A DNA stretch of 8,330 bases, taken from assembly GCA_022560555.1 (NCBI GenBank), contig JADFSZ010000074.1, positions 1-8,330 of the forward strand, written 5' to 3'. The notes beneath the pieces are model-generated. The model saw nothing but the letters and a program-made list of their open reading frames with translations. It was not told the origin of the DNA and ran no database searches. The stretch's first letter is position 1; every line of letters starts with the position of its first letter. The translations under genes were made by a program, and so were the position numbers. The stretch comes from PVC group bacterium (GTDB lineage Bacteria > GCA-001730085 > JADFSZ01). This document shows positions 5,563 to 8,330 of this stretch, piece by piece.

Positions 5563-6939
5563 TTAAGATTTCTTTTGCGAACCGAATCCAACACCCTTCT
5601 CCCCCCAAATGTTATCGATAAAATTCGTGTCAATCTCGCCTTTTTTAAATTGAAACATATCCATCAATTCCCGATGAAAAGGAATCGTTGTTTTGACACC
5701 GCTGATGATAAACTCATCCAAAGCCCTCTTCATTCGCATCAACACTTCCGCGCGGTCTTTGCCCGAAACAATGAGCTTGGCTATGAGAGAGTCATACTGG
5801 GTCGGGATCGTGTATCCCGTGTAACAATGGCTGTCCACACGTACACCGGGACCGGCGGGTACAATAAATTCCGTAAGCTTTCCCGGGCTCGGCATAAACC
5901 CGTTTGCGGAATCTTCCGCGTTAATCCGGCACTCCATCACAGCCCCTTCCAAACGCACATCCGCCTGAGAAAAACTCAAACGCTCTCCGGACGCGATACG
6001 GATCTGCTCTTTGACAAGATCAATCCCGCTGATCATTTCCGTCACGGGATGTTCAACCTGAATGCGCGTGTTCATTTCCATAAAATAAAAAGTTCCGTCT
6101 TTATCCATCAGGAACTCAACCGTACCCGCATTCACATACTGAACCGCGCGAGCCACATCCACAGACGTTTTTCTTAATTTCTCCCTCAATTTGTCATCCA
6201 CCATAGGAGAGGGAGACTCTTCAACCAATTTTTGATGACGTCGTTGTACCGTGCAATCCCGCTCACCGAAATGTACAAAATTTCCGTGTTGATCAGCTAA
6301 TATTTGGACCTCTATGTGCCGCGGAGACTCAACAAACTTTTCAATATAAACATCCCCGTTTCCAAATGCTTTTTCGGCTTCAGACTTGGCCGTCATCATG
6401 GCACTGGCCAAACTGATGTCATTATGGGCAACTCGCATTCCCCGTCCTCCGCCGCCGAAAACCGCTTTCACAATGACAGGATATCCGACCTCCTTGGCAA
6501 TCTCTAAAGCCTCCTCTTTCGTCGACACACGGCCGGGACTCCCCGGAATCACGGGAATGCCGATTTCACTCATCTTTTTCTTAGCCGCCGATTTATCGCC
6601 CATCATAAAAATGACCTCAGGCGTTGGACCGATAAACTCTATATTGCAGGATCTGCAAATTTCAGCAAAATGCGCGTCTTCAGCCAAAAATCCATATCCG
6701 GGATGAATGGCCTCAACATCTGTGATTTCGGCCGCACTGATGATGGAAGGAATATTCAGATAACTCTCGCGACTTTCGGCCGGTCCGATGCAAATTGCTT
6801 CATCCGCCAGACGTACCGGCAAAGAATAGGCATCCGCTTCTGAGTGCACAAGGACCGTTTTAACCGACAATTCCTTACAGGCGCGTATGATTCTGAGGGC
6901 CACTTCCCCTCGGTTGGCAATCAAGATTTTCTGAAACAT
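5563..6939 (-). CDS. accC: Acetyl-CoA carboxylase, biotin carboxylase subunit
   Basis: ORF of 458 aa. It shows the canonical AccC sequence: MFQKILIANRGEVALRIIRACKELSVKTV...HPGYGFLAED..FA...GYPVIVKA.FGGGGRGMRV...IEKF...PRHIEVQILAD.HGN..H.GERDCT.QRRHQKLVEE.PS...EMNTRIQVEHPVTE. It sits directly downstream of accB. Confidence 0.97.
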   Translation of the reverse strand: MFQKILIANRGEVALRIIRACKELSVKTVLVHSEADAYSLPVRLADEAICIGPAESRESYLNIPSIISAAEITDVEAIHPGYGFLAEDAHFAEICRSCNIEFIGPTPEVIFMMGDKSAAKKKMSEIGIPVIPGSPGRVSTKEEALEIAKEVGYPVIVKAVFGGGGRGMRVAHNDISLASAMMTAKSEAEKAFGNGDVYIEKFVESPRHIEVQILADQHGNFVHFGERDCTVQRRHQKLVEESPSPMVDDKLREKLRKTSVDVARAVQYVNAGTVEFLMDKDGTFYFMEMNTRIQVEHPVTEMISGIDLVKEQIRIASGERLSFSQADVRLEGAVMECRINAEDSANGFMPSPGKLTEFIVPAGPGVRVDSHCYTGYTIPTQYDSLIAKLIVSGKDRAEVLMRMKRALDEFIISGVKTTIPFHRELMDMFQFKKGEIDTNFIDNIWGEKGVGFGSQKKS

Positions 6940-6992
6940 AATCGTATCCGGATTTTCAAAGTGTTTTGACGAACATCATGAGTAAGATTAGA

Positions 6993-7457
6993 TCAGCTTT
7001 TGCGGATCACAAACAAAGGTTGCCCAAATTCTACCGGCTGAAGATTCTCAACAAGAATTTCTTCAATAATTCCGTTGTATTCTGATTTGACTTCGTTCAT
7101 GAGTTTCATGGCTTCTAAAATACACAATATGGAACCTTCAGAAACCCGATCGCCGACCTCAACGCAGGGCTTAGCTCCGGGAGCCGGCTGACGGTAAAAA
7201 GTTCCAACCATGGGAGAGAGAATCACAGCTAAATTTTCATCCTCGGCAGGCTTTTTCGTCTCTGCGGGGATTGTCGCGGGAGATGACGTCGTGCTATGTG
7301 CGGGATTGACTTGGGCAGGAGCCTCGTCTGAGCTTTGAATGACTCCTGTCGGACCTTTTTTCAAACGGATTTTTGTGCCGTCTTTTTCCAGATCAACTTC
7401 CGTTAACCCATGATCCTCCATGAGTTCAATTAATTCTCGTATTTCTTTTAAATTCAT
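6993..7457 (-). CDS. accB: Acetyl-CoA carboxylase, biotin carboxyl carrier protein
   Basis: ORF of 154 aa. It has an N-terminal MNLKEIRELIELM..., a Pro/Ala/Thr-rich linker and a C-terminal biotinyl domain. The EAMKLMNE biotinylation motif (biotinyl-Lys in AMKL) is present. Confidence 0.95.
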   Translation of the reverse strand: MNLKEIRELIELMEDHGLTEVDLEKDGTKIRLKKGPTGVIQSSDEAPAQVNPAHSTTSSPATIPAETKKPAEDENLAVILSPMVGTFYRQPAPGAKPCVEVGDRVSEGSILCILEAMKLMNEVKSEYNGIIEEILVENLQPVEFGQPLFVIRKS

Positions 7458-7516
7458 TGTCTCTCTACAAAATTTTTCTTTTTAACTGATTTTTCTCTTT
7501 AACGAACAAAATCCCC

Positions 7517-8077
7517 TTAAGCCCTTCCCAAATAAGTATCCTCCGAGGTGTCCACCTTAACCACATCTCCCTTATTCACAAACAAAGGGACCTGAATGAC
7601 AAGTCCGCTTTCTAGAGTCGCCGGCTTTGTCGCCCCGGATACCGTATCTCCCTTTAATCCAGGATCCGTTTCGGCCACTTTGAGATCAACAGACGGCGGA
7701 ATTTCCAGACCCAGAAGCTCATTGTTGTAATACGCCACTTGAACGGACATGTTTTCAACAAGATATTTTTCGTTGCCGCCCATATTCTCAAGAGGAATCG
7801 CCAGCTGGTCAAAAGTGTTTTGATCCATAAAGTGAAAAAGATCGCCGTCACGATATAAAAATTCCACGTCTTTGTCCTCAAAAACAATTTTTTCAAACTT
7901 CTCTTCGGAACGGAAATTTTTTTCTACAACGGCCCCGGTTCGCACGTTCTTCAGCTTAAATCGAATAAAAGCGCCGCCCTTTCCGGGCTTATTGAAATGA
8001 TGATCAACAACGGCATAAATAACGTTATCAATAAGAATCGTCATGCCTTTTTTAATTTTAGTTCCGGGGAGCATCAT
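7517..8077 (-). CDS. efp: Translation elongation factor P
   Basis: ORF of 186 aa. The N-terminal KOW-like domain carries the conserved loop FNKPGKGGAFIRFKLKN, with a Lys-type tip at residue 33 by my count. EF-P OB domains follow (...GDTVSGATKPATLESGLVIQVPLFVNKGDVVKVDT). Either tandem ATG (8077 or 8074) could be the start. Confidence 0.95.
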   Translation of the reverse strand: MMLPGTKIKKGMTILIDNVIYAVVDHHFNKPGKGGAFIRFKLKNVRTGAVVEKNFRSEEKFEKIVFEDKDVEFLYRDGDLFHFMDQNTFDQLAIPLENMGGNEKYLVENMSVQVAYYNNELLGLEIPPSVDLKVAETDPGLKGDTVSGATKPATLESGLVIQVPLFVNKGDVVKVDTSEDTYLGRA

Positions 8078-8101
8078 GGAGTGCGATCCTAAATGGTTGT
8101 C

Positions 8102-8330
8102 CTAAATTTCGATGATATTTTTTTGGGAACGACTTAAAACAGATACCCCATTCTTTGTGACAAGAACATCTTCTTCTACGCGGATGCCCCCCAAGCCCGG
8201 GCAATAAATCCCCGGCTCAATCGTAAACACCATATTTTCCTTAAGCACGTCCCGGGATCTTGGTGACAGAACGGGATACTCATGTATTTCTAAGCCAAAC
8301 CCATGTCCCAAACCATGACCAAAACATTCC
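8102..8330 (-). CDS. M24-family Xaa-Pro aminopeptidase/dipeptidase, C-terminal fragment (5' end outside the window)
   Basis: The frame is open from the window edge and reads [25 protein letters not shown]...[29 protein letters not shown]. This is the HG.GHG.GLE.HE and TIEPG...G.R.ED metal-ligand pattern of M24B peptidases. The M in the track is an internal TTG. The stop is at 8102..8104. Confidence 0.9.
   Translation of the reverse strand, partial: ECFGHGLGHGFGLEIHEYPVLSPRSRDVLKENMVFTIEPGIYCPGLGGIRVEEDVLVTKNGVSVLSRSQKNIIEI

Noticed and set aside
5515-6177. A 220-aa plus-strand ORF, plus the other plus-strand ORFs in the track (711..896, 1296..1478, 1417..1719, 1700..1909, 1896..2168, 2179..2373, 2443..2910, 2768..2965, 3205..3444, 4040..4243, 4110..4532, 4529..4849, 6304..6507, 6386..6706).
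   Set aside because: Each lies antisense to a minus-strand gene with clear family motifs. Their translations are low-complexity or R/H/N/S-rich with no recognisable motifs and no SD. They are typical shadow ORFs. The same holds for the minus-strand out-of-frame ORFs 725..922, 4627..4845 and 7654..7896.

Overview
All supportable genes lie on the minus strand as one co-directional string. Reading in the transcription direction (high to low coordinates), the housekeeping block is the 3' end of an M24 Xaa-Pro peptidase, then efp, accB, accC, an Asp23-family protein, an AmaP-like membrane anchor, gmhA, rfaE2/hldC (heptose-1-P adenylyltransferase) and a PfkA-family phosphofructokinase carrying PPi-type signature residues. 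An accessory-looking block follows. It has a near-consensus sigma70 promoter, a 129-aa major pilin/pseudopilin and a perfect 30-bp palindromic intrinsic terminator. That palindrome also contains the SD and ATG of the next gene, a GspH/FimT-like minor pseudopilin, which is followed by a GspI/PilV-like minor pseudopilin. No pilus or T2SS ATPase, platform protein, secretin or prepilin peptidase is in the window. The least ordinary part is the low-coordinate end. Between the last pseudopilin and an unlisted ORF (465..1, open to the window edge) lies an exactly phased 17-bp tandem array of 6 units. Read on the minus strand, it forms an unbroken chain of stop/start-overlapping mini-ORFs. The array is the reverse complement of an in-frame 18-bp x3 repeat about 380 nt further into the same ORF. 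That ORF also carries a 35-bp near-perfect GC-rich palindrome. No rRNA, tRNA, CRISPR array, transposase or integrase is recognisable. The plus-strand ORFs in the track look like antisense shadows. The organism cannot be named from the sequence. The heptose genes suggest a diderm envelope, while the pepP-efp-accBC-asp23 order resembles the Bacillus arrangement.
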